From positions 3,544-67,543 of the forward strand of contig JACQDT010000001.1 in assembly GCA_016200965.1 (NCBI GenBank): DNA of 64,000 nt. Direction: 5' to 3'. Position numbers and translations under genes: made by a program. Under the pieces are notes generated by a model. That model was not told the origin of the DNA and ran no database searches. It was given only the letters and a program-made list of their open reading frames with translations. How positions within the stretch are numbered: position 1 is the first letter of the stretch; every line of letters begins with the position of its first letter. The stretch is from Candidatus Azambacteria bacterium (GTDB taxonomy: Bacteria; Patescibacteriota; Minisyncoccia; GWC2-36-17; WO2-46-25). Below are positions 30,292 to 38,591 of this stretch, one piece after another.

Positions 30292-31317
30292 ATGAAACAC
30301 CATCTTATCCGCATCCTGCATATCCTCCGCCACATCACGCCCGACGCAAAACAAAAGGCGGAATTTCGCCATGCGCTTGTGTTGCGCGTGCACGCAGATA
30401 CCGCGCACGAAAGAATGTCGCGGCGCGCAAAACCCTCATCCGTATTCTCGTTTTTCCGTCTTGCGCCCACTACGGCGGGCGTGATCGCCGCGGCTGTTAT
30501 CCTCGGAACCGGCGGCGTATCGTTTGCGGCCCAGAACGCGCTCCCGGGAGAACGCCTCTATCCCGTAAAGCTCGCGACGGAAAGAGCGCGCCTTGCCATG
30601 GTTGGCGACAAAGCAGAAAAAACAAAATTACGCCTCACTTTTGCTTCCCGCCGCCTTGATGAGGTGGATAAACTCATAGAAAAAAACGGAAACCAAAACG
30701 TAAACGCCGATGCCGCGCTCGCGCAATACGAGAAGGCGCTCAGCGAGAGCGAAAGCGCGCTTGAAGAAAATCAAGAAAAAGCATCCGAGATAGCGATAGC
30801 GATCAATGATGCCGCGGAGATACACCAGCGCGTCATCCAAAAACTCTCCGATAAGATAGAAAAACTGCCCTCCGCGGCGTCGCTTAAAGAACCCCTTGAA
30901 AATGCGCGGGAAAAAACGGAGGAAAGGGAAAACAGCGCGCTTATCGCCATTGTGTCTGCGACCTCCACGCAACCGGATCTTATTCCGGAAAGATTCGTGA
31001 AAAAATCCCGTGAGAAAGTACAAAAACGGGAACGGAACCTGCGCGAGGCGGCTCTTTCCGTTGAAAAAGCGATGTTAGAAGGCCGGGATGTGAAAGGTGC
31101 TGATGAAAAAATCAAAAACGCTCAATCCATCATCGACCGCGCGAGAGAAGATCTTGATAGAGGGGAAATCCGCGCCTCGCTGGAACAATCAATGGAAGCG
31201 GAGAAAATTACAAAAGAAATAAGAAGGTTTGAACGCAAGCGAGAGAGAGAAAAGGAGCGGGAAGAAAAAGAGACGGAATCTCGACGCAACGAAGATGCTC
31301 TTGATGAGAAGCATTAG
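30292..31317 (+). CDS. Putative anti-sigma factor (DUF5667-like)
   Basis: TM followed by ALPGERLYPVK...E, RRLDE; directly after the ECF sigma gene. Confidence 0.75.
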   Translation: MKHHLIRILHILRHITPDAKQKAEFRHALVLRVHADTAHERMSRRAKPSSVFSFFRLAPTTAGVIAAAVILGTGGVSFAAQNALPGERLYPVKLATERARLAMVGDKAEKTKLRLTFASRRLDEVDKLIEKNGNQNVNADAALAQYEKALSESESALEENQEKASEIAIAINDAAEIHQRVIQKLSDKIEKLPSAASLKEPLENAREKTEERENSALIAIVSATSTQPDLIPERFVKKSREKVQKRERNLREAALSVEKAMLEGRDVKGADEKIKNAQSIIDRAREDLDRGEIRASLEQSMEAEKITKEIRRFERKREREKEREEKETESRRNEDALDEKH

Positions 31318-32414
31318 CCGAATGTGAATGTAAACGCTTCAAGGCCGGGACTTTCCACAATCATTTCGAGTGTGTGCTCACCGTATTCCATATCCGCAAC
31401 GAGCTGATACAGTTCCTCGCCTTGCACAAATTTTGTGCCTTGAGATGTGCCGTCTTTAAAAATCTCAACCGTCACCCCGCCCTTCGCGTTCGCCACGAAA
31501 TAGACATTCTTTGCCTGATAGCGAAAGATAATTTTTGCGCCTGCGCTCCGGTTCTTCGCAAATTCATCCAAAAACTCCCACTCCCCCGTCAGGTACAGAG
31601 TATTCGTTTTGACGCGCTGCGGCTGCTCGAGCGTCTGCACGCCCTGCGTACCCGAATCCCCATTCCCAAGATAGGTGTTGCGCGCGGCGCCGAAATAGAT
31701 TTCGGGACTGCGCTCAAGCGAAAAGTCAACGTCCGCAACGCCCGTCGGTTTTGAAACATCTTTTGCAATTTCTCCCTCTACGCCGAGTACCGTCATGCGC
31801 TCTTCTAAAAGTTTTTGAATTTTCTGCTCCGTCTCTTCGTACGCTCCCTCGCCGGCGTGATCATACACAATATAGCCATCTATATCGATCAAATACTTTC
31901 TCGGCCAGAATCGGTTTTGATACGCATTCCATGTGGAAAAATCGTTATCAAGTACCACCGGATATTTGATTCCCAATCTCTTTGTCGCATCGAGAACATT
32001 TTGATAATTCTTTTCAAACTCAAACTCCGGCGTATGCATGCCGATAATAACGAAACCCTTGTCCTTATATTTTTCGTACCACGCGTTGAGATACGGCGTG
32101 GTCCTTTGGCAATTGATACAACTGTATGTCCAGAAGTCAACGAGAACCACTTTCTTTCCGATGAACTCCCCGATCGTAATCGGCTTTCCATCTGTGTTAA
32201 TAAAGCCATCGGGTGTCGTGATCTCTTTTGCAACCGGATAGCGATTTTGCTTTTCCTGCCTGCCGGCAGATAGGTCTTCTTTATGCACGGCTGTTTTTAC
32301 CTCTACCGTTCCCCCGATTATGGCGCGGGGAGGTTTTTGCGCGTTCAAATACACAATCGCGGCAATAACGACGCCGACAAGAGCGAATAACATTAACGTC
32401 TTTTTCGAAGTCAT
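31314..32414 (-). CDS. DipZ-like thioredoxin (redoxin plus C-terminal domain)
   Basis: DFWTYSCINCQR, HTPEF, N-FWP, GEGAY. Confidence 0.88.
   Translation of the reverse strand: MTSKKTLMLFALVGVVIAAIVYLNAQKPPRAIIGGTVEVKTAVHKEDLSAGRQEKQNRYPVAKEITTPDGFINTDGKPITIGEFIGKKVVLVDFWTYSCINCQRTTPYLNAWYEKYKDKGFVIIGMHTPEFEFEKNYQNVLDATKRLGIKYPVVLDNDFSTWNAYQNRFWPRKYLIDIDGYIVYDHAGEGAYEETEQKIQKLLEERMTVLGVEGEIAKDVSKPTGVADVDFSLERSPEIYFGAARNTYLGNGDSGTQGVQTLEQPQRVKTNTLYLTGEWEFLDEFAKNRSAGAKIIFRYQAKNVYFVANAKGGVTVEIFKDGTSQGTKFVQGEELYQLVADMEYGEHTLEMIVESPGLEAFTFTFG
32255..32274. repeat. 20-bp palindromic element in the coding linker (LSAGRQ)
   Basis: CCTGCCTGCCGGCAGATAGG imperfect palindrome. Confidence 0.55.
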
Positions 32415-32437
32415 CGGATTAAATGGTTTCTTTCTTT

Positions 32438-32508
32438 ACCCCGTTAGTGATCCGCCCTGCCAAAGGCACGGCGTCAGCCGCCTCGGGGCGGCTTATCACT
32501 AACGGGGT
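32438..32508. mobile_element. MITE-like element, 71 bp; supplies the stop of the permuted ccdA
   Basis: Perfect 14-bp TIR ACCCCGTTAGTGAT / ATCACTAACGGGGT, TT on both flanks, internal AGCCGCC..GGCGGCT hairpin. Confidence 0.78.
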
Positions 32509-33271
32509 TTACCGCGGTGGAAGCAAGATAGGAAAGAAACCCGGGGATAAGCGGCAACATACAGGGACTTAAGAATGATCCAACCCCGGCAAGAAACGAA
32601 ACTATGAAGTTAAAAATCGTCAGCGAGCTGATACCCTCGCCGATTGAGGTTACTAAATTCAGAGAAAGAAGAATATCGGTAAGAAACTGAAGATTTGCGA
32701 TACGGGAGAGAGTTCCTGTAAAAACAAACACGCCCATTGCGATGAGCACTGCCCCGAAAAAATACTGAAAGTAGAGAAGCTTCTTGCCCAAACGATTGAT
32801 GAGCGCCTGGGCCTGGTTCGTGAAAAGCCCGACCAAAAGGAATGGAATGCCGATTCCGAGCGTATAGGCGAAAAGCAGGAAAAACGCGCTCGATGCCGCT
32901 GTACTCGCAAGCGCCAAAATTGCGCCGAGCGCCACAGAAACGCACGGCGTCCAGCCAACGGCAAAGGCCGCGCCGAACACAAACGACGTCAGGTAGTGCG
33001 AATGGAACCGGCGCTTGACCGTGACGGTATGGCCGCGCTTCAGAAACGCCGGCGTAAAAAATCCAAGCAGAAAAAATCCGAACAGAATAATGATCACGCC
33101 GCCGATTCGGCCCAGCCATTCCTGAACCGTGTAGGAAGCGCTTGAAAGGACCGTCTGTAGCAGAACGCCGACCAGCGAGAATACGAGTGAAAAGCCCAGC
33201 ACAAAGAAAACGCTTGAGAGGAAAATGCTCCAATCGCGGCCGGGTTTTTCAGAAGACACTATTTGATCCAT
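32474..33271 (-). CDS. CcdA/DsbD-beta family protein, circularly permuted
   Basis: GWTPC is central, while SFLSPCMLPLIPGFLSYL (normally N-terminal) is at the C-terminus. Confidence 0.8.
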   Translation of the reverse strand: MDQIVSSEKPGRDWSIFLSSVFFVLGFSLVFSLVGVLLQTVLSSASYTVQEWLGRIGGVIIILFGFFLLGFFTPAFLKRGHTVTVKRRFHSHYLTSFVFGAAFAVGWTPCVSVALGAILALASTAASSAFFLLFAYTLGIGIPFLLVGLFTNQAQALINRLGKKLLYFQYFFGAVLIAMGVFVFTGTLSRIANLQFLTDILLSLNLVTSIGEGISSLTIFNFIVSFLAGVGSFLSPCMLPLIPGFLSYLASTAVNPVSDKPPRGG

Positions 33272-33280
33272 GGGCTTGGT

Positions 33281-33880
33281 TTATCGAGCAATTGCTTTGT
33301 TAATTTCAGAAAGATACCGATCCTTTGACCATGAATCAGGCGCTTTTAGAATCTGCGTTCCTTTTTTCAGAAACACTTTCGTGTGCTGATAAGGAATGCC
33401 AAACGCCCGCGCAAGATTTTTTTCGTCGGCATCGGTGTCCGAATCGTTGTAGTTGACACGAAAGCCAATCACCTTGTCTGTGGTCAGCTCATTGAACGCA
33501 GACTGCATGACGGGAAACTCAAGCCGGCAAATCGGGCACCAGTTGGCATAGAAATACAGGACGATGAGCTTATCCGACGCTTTTGCCACGTCATAGTCCG
33601 GCTTGTTAAAATCAAGCACAAGCGCAGAAACTCCAGCCAAGATTTCTCCGGAGTATTTCACCATTGTCTCGTTCTTGCTCTCCAACGCTAAAGCTGTGGG
33701 GGACTTCTTTTCCATAGCTTCTCTGGCCATCCGGGCTTTCTCTTGCAAGGTGAAGGCTTTTTGGGATTGGAGAGCATAGAAGGCGGCACCCGCTATCACG
33801 AAGATCAAAACGATAATCGCAAGGTGTGCCAACAGCGCTATCCCCTGTGACGCATTATTCTTTTGCAATTTATTGACCAA
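33281..33880 (-). CDS. Membrane-anchored thioredoxin-like protein
   Basis: FYANWCPIC, IPYQHT; paralog of the upstream gene. Confidence 0.85.
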   Translation of the reverse strand: MVNKLQKNNASQGIALLAHLAIIVLIFVIAGAAFYALQSQKAFTLQEKARMAREAMEKKSPTALALESKNETMVKYSGEILAGVSALVLDFNKPDYDVAKASDKLIVLYFYANWCPICRLEFPVMQSAFNELTTDKVIGFRVNYNDSDTDADEKNLARAFGIPYQHTKVFLKKGTQILKAPDSWSKDRYLSEINKAIAR

Positions 33881-34619
33881 TCGCTTTGTTTATCTCCGTA
33901 AGGTAGCGTGCCTTATCCCATCCGTCGGGCGCTTTCAGAATTTGCTTTCCACTCTTCAGAAACACTTTCGTGTGCTGATAAGGAACGCCGAACTCGCGCG
34001 CGAGGTCTTTCTCATTGCTGTCGGTTTCGTTGTCGTTGTAACTGACCCGGAAAGCCACCACTTTATCCGTCGTCAGTTCGTTAAACGCCGCCTGCATCTG
34101 TGGGAATTCCGCTTTACAAATCGGGCACCAGTTGGCGTAGAAGTAAAGCACCACCAACTTGTCAGACGCTTTTGCGGCGTCGTAGTCCGGCTTGTTGAAA
34201 TCAAGAAGCGGCGCGGACTTTCCCGCAAGCACCGTGCCGGAGAACTTCAGCATCGCGGCTTCTGGCTTGACCATAGTTCCGTCGGGCTTAATCATTGTTC
34301 CATCGGGTTTGATCATCGTCCCATCAGGTTTCACCATGGTTCCATCTGGCTTAACAATGGTTCCGTCTGGTTTGACCATCGTGCCGTCTGTCTTAACCAT
34401 AGTGCCGTCGGGCTTAACCATTGTGCCGTCGGCTTTGACCACGGTGCCATCCGATAATGTCTTCTCACCTGTGGGCGCTTGCGGCGCTTGCGTGGTTGGG
34501 GCCGGTGACGGCTGTGTACGCGTGGCGAAATATCCGACTCCGGCAATGACCGCTAGAAGAGCAACTATTGCGATAATGATAGGCATCGCAAACCCTTTTT
34601 CTGCATTATTATTTTTCAT
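33870..34619 (-). CDS. Membrane-anchored thioredoxin-like protein with 9 heptapeptide repeats
   Basis: FYANWCPIC; (DGTMVKP)x9. Confidence 0.85.
   Translation of the reverse strand: MKNNNAEKGFAMPIIIAIVALLAVIAGVGYFATRTQPSPAPTTQAPQAPTGEKTLSDGTVVKADGTMVKPDGTMVKTDGTMVKPDGTIVKPDGTMVKPDGTMIKPDGTMIKPDGTMVKPEAAMLKFSGTVLAGKSAPLLDFNKPDYDAAKASDKLVVLYFYANWCPICKAEFPQMQAAFNELTTDKVVAFRVSYNDNETDSNEKDLAREFGVPYQHTKVFLKSGKQILKAPDGWDKARYLTEINKAIGQ
34263..34451 (-). repeat. 21-bp coding tandem repeat, 9 units
   Basis: Encodes DGT[MVI][VI]K[PAT]. Confidence 0.9.
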
Positions 34620-34680
34620 AAATGATATGAGTTAATCTTTAATCTGTGACCTTTACTCCAATATACACCGCGCAACAATA

Positions 34681-34701
34681 AATGTAAAACTTACTTTACA
34701 T
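34681..34701. promoter_or_regulatory. Putative operator, copy 1
   Basis: AATGTAAAACTTACTTTACAT. Confidence 0.6.
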
Positions 34702-34735
34702 ATGCCTGTGGACAAAGCGGTTTCAAGGAAGGAGA

Positions 34736-34759
34736 AAGAGGCGGCGCGCGCCGCCTCTT
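34736..34759 (-). terminator. Hairpin terminator
   Basis: AAGAGGCGGCGCGCGCCGCCTCTT perfect palindrome. Confidence 0.6.
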
Positions 34760-34786
34760 CAATCTCCCCGCAATACTTTGTCAGAG

Positions 34787-35311
34787 TTAAAAAGCTCCGG
34801 CAACTGCAATTGCGGCAGGAAGCCCGCCGACCGGAGACGGCGTCAGGCCATTGATAGTGTCTTCAACCAACACCACGACAAGGTTTACACCCGCAGGCCC
34901 GAGGGTTATCGGGGATCCAGCGTTTGGACCCGTGGTAAATCCCGTGGCGCGAAACCGCATCTCGCCGTTGCCGCCATCGGAAAAGATAATACTGCCCTCG
35001 TTCGCCAGCGCCCCCAAAAAGGCCTTATCGCCGGTATCTGTGCGCACGAACCAAACACCGTAGAAGTGTCCCGAACCAAACAGTTGCGGAGGCAACTTTT
35101 CCGCTTTCACTTTCCCGGTCAATACCGTTCCTTCAAGCGCAATTTTTGCTTCTCCTGTTGCAGCCGGAGCAGCACCTCCCGGGACTGAAGCAAGATCCAC
35201 ATGAATCCCTGCCGCATAGGTGATCCCGAAAAGCAATCCAAACAGCGCGATCGAGGTTCCAAGAAATATCACTCCATAGGACGAATTCTTTATTTGTTGC
35301 GTCAAGTACAT
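34787..35311 (-). CDS. Hypothetical secreted or membrane-anchored protein
   Basis: N-terminal TM; operator upstream and terminator downstream. Confidence 0.65.
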   Translation of the reverse strand: MYLTQQIKNSSYGVIFLGTSIALFGLLFGITYAAGIHVDLASVPGGAAPAATGEAKIALEGTVLTGKVKAEKLPPQLFGSGHFYGVWFVRTDTGDKAFLGALANEGSIIFSDGGNGEMRFRATGFTTGPNAGSPITLGPAGVNLVVVLVEDTINGLTPSPVGGLPAAIAVAGAF

Positions 35312-35380
35312 AGCCTATAGTGTTTTAGTAAGTTACCAATACTCGACCTTTACTAAAACAGTGTATACACAACCACAACA

Positions 35381-35402
35381 AATGTAAAGTTGACTTTACA
35401 TT
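35381..35402. promoter_or_regulatory. Putative operator, copy 2 (perfect)
   Basis: AATGTAAAGT-TG-ACTTTACATT. Confidence 0.65.
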
Positions 35403-35423
35403 CCTTGTGGATAACTTTACACT

Positions 35424-35669
35424 TTATTCTGCCAGGGCACTGTCCAATTTCTGTTTATCAAATCCCAGGATAGTAACTCTTGATCCATCGTCTTTGGTCA
35501 TGACCGTAAACGGCACTCCCATTTGTCCTGACTCGGCTATCATTTCTTCAATGGCTTTCGGATCCTTGTCAACATAGATTTCCTCAAACGGTATTCCCTT
35601 GGACCCTAGGTATTCCGCTTCCATTTTGCAGTACGGACGGGTTGTTGTTTTGTATATTTTTATTGTCAT
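35424..35669 (-). CDS. NrdH/glutaredoxin-like protein (RPYC active site)
   Basis: SGQMGVP, GFD; the first Cys position is Arg. Confidence 0.8.
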   Translation of the reverse strand: MTIKIYKTTTRPYCKMEAEYLGSKGIPFEEIYVDKDPKAIEEMIAESGQMGVPFTVMTKDDGSRVTILGFDKQKLDSALAE

Positions 35670-35691
35670 ATAAAAAGGTTGGTTCTTTTTG

Positions 35692-36057
35692 TTAATATTT
35701 CACTCGACCGTAAAGTAACCCGACAATTTTTGCCAAAATCATTACCCCTAATGTAACCGCGAGCCAAGCATCAAGTTCGTGTCTAAAGCTTTGAATGATA
35801 ATAGCGGTTACCAGCGTAGCCGTGCCGGCCAGAAAAGCAATGCGACCCGCCATCATTTTATGAAGACCTTCTCTCTCGTCTTTTGCGTTCTCTCTCCAAA
35901 TGAAGCTTGCAAACAGACTGAAGAGCACCACCAATCCCAGCACCATCATCATCAATAAAATGGGGGGCATCCAAAGCTCAAAGGGATTGAGGAATAAAAC
36001 GAGCAATGCGATCAGTACCCCAGACACAATGATTTCTTGCAAAAAGTTATTTTTCAT
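35692..36057 (-). CDS. Small 4-TM membrane protein (DUF2178-like)
   Basis: DERE motif between TMs, downstream of the XRE regulator. Confidence 0.65.
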   Translation of the reverse strand: MKNNFLQEIIVSGVLIALLVLFLNPFELWMPPILLMMMVLGLVVLFSLFASFIWRENAKDEREGLHKMMAGRIAFLAGTATLVTAIIIQSFRHELDAWLAVTLGVMILAKIVGLLYGRVKY

Positions 36058-36295
36058 ATTTGATAGAGAAAATTTCTTCTACAGATATTGGTTTTTTTCC
36101 ACCGGAGGCGGATCCGCCTTCGGCGGAGAAAAACTTTGCCATTTTAAGCGCCAAAAGCACCAAGGGAGTGTAATTCCCCTTCTCAATCGCGATAATTGTC
36201 TGGCGCGTTACGCCAACCGCATGGGCCAACTCTTCTTGGGTGATGCCGGTTTTTGTTCGTAATTCGTACACCTGATTCTTGATAATTTCTTTCAT
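36047..36295 (-). CDS. XRE/Cro-C1 HTH regulator with [10 protein letters not shown] insert
   Basis: [24 protein letters not shown]. Confidence 0.88.
   Translation of the reverse strand: MKEIIKNQVYELRTKTGITQEELAHAVGVTRQTIIAIEKGNYTPLVLLALKMAKFFSAEGGSASGGKKPISVEEIFSIKYEK
36098..36127. repeat. 30-bp palindromic coding element ([10 protein letters not shown]), copy 1
   Basis: TCCACCGGAGGCGGATCCGCCTTCGGCGGA. Confidence 0.85.
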
Positions 36296-36336
36296 ACATA
36301 TACTGATATGGTGCAGTATACATACTGAATGGTCAG

Positions 36337-36357
36337 AATGTCAAACATGCTTTACAT
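36337..36357. promoter_or_regulatory. Putative operator, copy 3, upstream of the XRE gene
   Basis: AATGTCAAACATGCTTTACAT. Confidence 0.55.
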
Positions 36358-36420
36358 CTTGACAGCAGATATTGGCAAAACTATACTATTAAGTAGTTTC
36401 ATAATTACTTAAGTATCACT

Positions 36421-36744
36421 ATGTTAACCAAAAAGCAAATAACCGAAGTCAAAGCGGGGCTGGGGACCAACACCGCCGGCTTTCCCTTGGTATTTGCGGC
36501 GCTCGGCGATTCCCGCCGATTCCATATCTTCAGATTACTTATGAAACATCATGATATCTGTGTGACCGATGTCGCCCGCGTGTTTGGCATGAGCGTCTCC
36601 GCCGCCTCGCAACAGCTGCGCGTGCTTGAACGGGTCGGCCTCGTGCTAAAAACGCGGATGGGCCAGATGGTGTGCTATGAGATCAATCAAGAAAATATCA
36701 TCGCGAAACAATTGGTCGCATTATTAAAAAAGTCAGATAAATGA
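36421..36744 (+). CDS. ArsR/SmtB family regulator
   Basis: ALGDSRR, ICVTDVA, SAASQQLRVL. Confidence 0.88.
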   Translation: MLTKKQITEVKAGLGTNTAGFPLVFAALGDSRRFHIFRLLMKHHDICVTDVARVFGMSVSAASQQLRVLERVGLVLKTRMGQMVCYEINQENIIAKQLVALLKKSDK

Positions 36745-37121
36745 ATAATTTTTTCAAAAAGACGGCAATAAGGTTCGCGCCGATTTTAGGCGCAGGAGCC
36801 ATAGGGGTCTGCCCGCTTTGTTGGATTGGCTCGGCATCGCTTCTCACCTATCTGGGGCTCGGTGCGCTTATCCCGTATTGGCGCTGGATCGGTTTTAGCC
36901 TCATCGCCCTGGGAGCGGCCGGGTTCCTCCTTGATTATCGCTCCCACAGAAATCCTTACCCGCTTATATCTCTTGCCCTCGGGGCGATGCTTCTCTATGT
37001 CGGCCGGTATGTATTTTTGAGCACGTGGGGCGCATGGCAAATTTGGGGGCCAGGTGCAGCGCTGATCATTGCAGCCGTTGTGTATAACAAATGGCTCTTT
37101 AGAAAACCGAGGACGATATGA
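36741..37121 (+). CDS. MerC/MerT-like small membrane protein
   Basis: CPLC in the first TM, 4 TMs, follows ArsR. Confidence 0.6.
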   Translation: MNNFFKKTAIRFAPILGAGAIGVCPLCWIGSASLLTYLGLGALIPYWRWIGFSLIALGAAGFLLDYRSHRNPYPLISLALGAMLLYVGRYVFLSTWGAWQIWGPGAALIIAAVVYNKWLFRKPRTI

Positions 37122-38143
37122 ATCTCCCAAAGCCAGCATCCATAATCATAGGGGGATTGTTCATTGCAGTCTTGGGATATTCCGTTTTGTCGCGCACTCT
37201 GTTCCAGAACGACTTTCCCATGCCGCAAGGCGGAGAAACCAAAAAAGAAACAAAGGGAATTATGATAACGGACGGCGTGAAACATAGCGTGCCGCTTGAT
37301 GAAATCATCGGAGGCGGCCCTTCAAAAGACGGCATACCGTCCATTGATAAGCCAAAGTTTGTTGTTCTTGCGGAAGCCAACTCGTTCTTGAAGGACTCCG
37401 AGCCGGGCATTGCGTTAGAGATGGGCGGCGTGAGCCGATTTTATCCGTTCCAAATTCTCGTGTGGCATGAAATTGTGAATGACACGATTGGCGGCACGCG
37501 CGTGCTGGTAACCTATTGCCCTTTGTGTCTTTCGGGAATTGTCTTTGATCCGGCAGTAAATGGCGAGCGCGTCGAATTCGGCACTTCGGGTAAATTATGG
37601 AATTCCAATTTAGTCATGTATGACCGCAAGACCGATTCGTTATGGTCGCAAATTTTGGGTGAAGCGATTGTCGGAGAGATGACGGGCATGAAGCTCGCGG
37701 TTCTCCCGTCCGACATGATCCGCTTCGGAGATTTCAAAAAATTGCATCCTGAGGGCAGCGTTCTTTCCCGCGACACGGGTACAACGCGCTTCTACGGCCA
37801 AGACCCGTACGGCGATTACTACACGACCCCGGGAACTTATTTCCCGGTCGGCAAAAAGGATGCCCGTCTTAATGAAAAAGATTTTGTCCTTGGCGTTGTC
37901 GTCAATGGAAAAGCAAAAGCATATTGGCCGGAAGCGGTGAAAAAAGCCGGCGAGGTAACGGATCGGTTTGAAGGAAAAGATATCGTTGCGCGATACGAAA
38001 AAGAGGTTGACGCGGTGCGTCTTTTTTCCGCCGAAGGCGGATCCGCCTCTGGCGGAGAGAAGAAATTAGTACGCATCAATTCATTCGGCGCGTTCTGGTT
38101 TTCCTGGGTTGCCGCGCATCCGGAGACGGAGTTGTACAAATGA
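37118..38143 (+). CDS. DUF3179 family protein with [10 protein letters not shown] insert
   Basis: DGIPSID, WHEIVND, TYCPLC, FGTSGKL, FWFSW. Confidence 0.85.
   Translation: MNLPKPASIIIGGLFIAVLGYSVLSRTLFQNDFPMPQGGETKKETKGIMITDGVKHSVPLDEIIGGGPSKDGIPSIDKPKFVVLAEANSFLKDSEPGIALEMGGVSRFYPFQILVWHEIVNDTIGGTRVLVTYCPLCLSGIVFDPAVNGERVEFGTSGKLWNSNLVMYDRKTDSLWSQILGEAIVGEMTGMKLAVLPSDMIRFGDFKKLHPEGSVLSRDTGTTRFYGQDPYGDYYTTPGTYFPVGKKDARLNEKDFVLGVVVNGKAKAYWPEAVKKAGEVTDRFEGKDIVARYEKEVDAVRLFSAEGGSASGGEKKLVRINSFGAFWFSWVAAHPETELYK
38027..38056. repeat. 30-bp palindromic coding element ([10 protein letters not shown]), copy 2
   Basis: TCCGCCGAAGGCGGATCCGCCTCTGGCGGA. Confidence 0.88.
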
Positions 38144-38147
38144 GAAT

Positions 38148-38393
38148 ATGAGAATCATCATTTACACAAAAACGGGGTGTCCGTGGGCGCGAGAGGTGAT
38201 GGATTTTCTGACGAAGCGTGGCATCGTGTTCGAAGAGCGGAACATGCTTGAACATCCGGAGTATCAAAAAGAAGCGCTGGATAAGTCGGGTCAATGGAAA
38301 TCCCCCACGTTGGACATTGACGGGCACATCCTTCCCGATTCGGATGCGGCGCAGGTTGAGGAATATCTTGATAAAAAGGTCGAAAAAAATTAA
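38148..38393 (+). CDS. Glutaredoxin-like protein (CPWA)
   Basis: YTKTGCPW, SGQWKSPTL-IDG. Confidence 0.8.
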   Translation: MRIIIYTKTGCPWAREVMDFLTKRGIVFEERNMLEHPEYQKEALDKSGQWKSPTLDIDGHILPDSDAAQVEEYLDKKVEKN

Positions 38394-38420
38394 TAAAATA
38401 ACTTAATCAAACAATACAAT

Positions 38421-38582
38421 ATGGATCAAAAAGACAGCAAAACAACCTGCATGGCATGTGCCTGCCCATGCGAAATGCATAAAGAGCACAATCATCCGGT
38501 TGAAAAGAAAGAGGCAAAGGTGTGCACAATGTGCGGTCACGAGCACAAAGCCGATGGCTCGTGCGATTGCGGCTGCAAGTAA
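38421..38582 (+). CDS. Cys/His-rich metallothionein-like peptide, 53 aa (not in ORF track)
   Basis: MDQKDSKTTCMACACPCEMHKEHNHPVEKKEAKVCTMCGHEHKADGSCDCGCK. Confidence 0.7.
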   Translation: MDQKDSKTTCMACACPCEMHKEHNHPVEKKEAKVCTMCGHEHKADGSCDCGCK

Positions 38583-38591
38583 TCACCGATC

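Noticed and set aside
34263-34451. 21-bp tandem repeat as a mobile or CRISPR repeat
   Set aside because: Synonymous variation shows it is conserved at the protein level.
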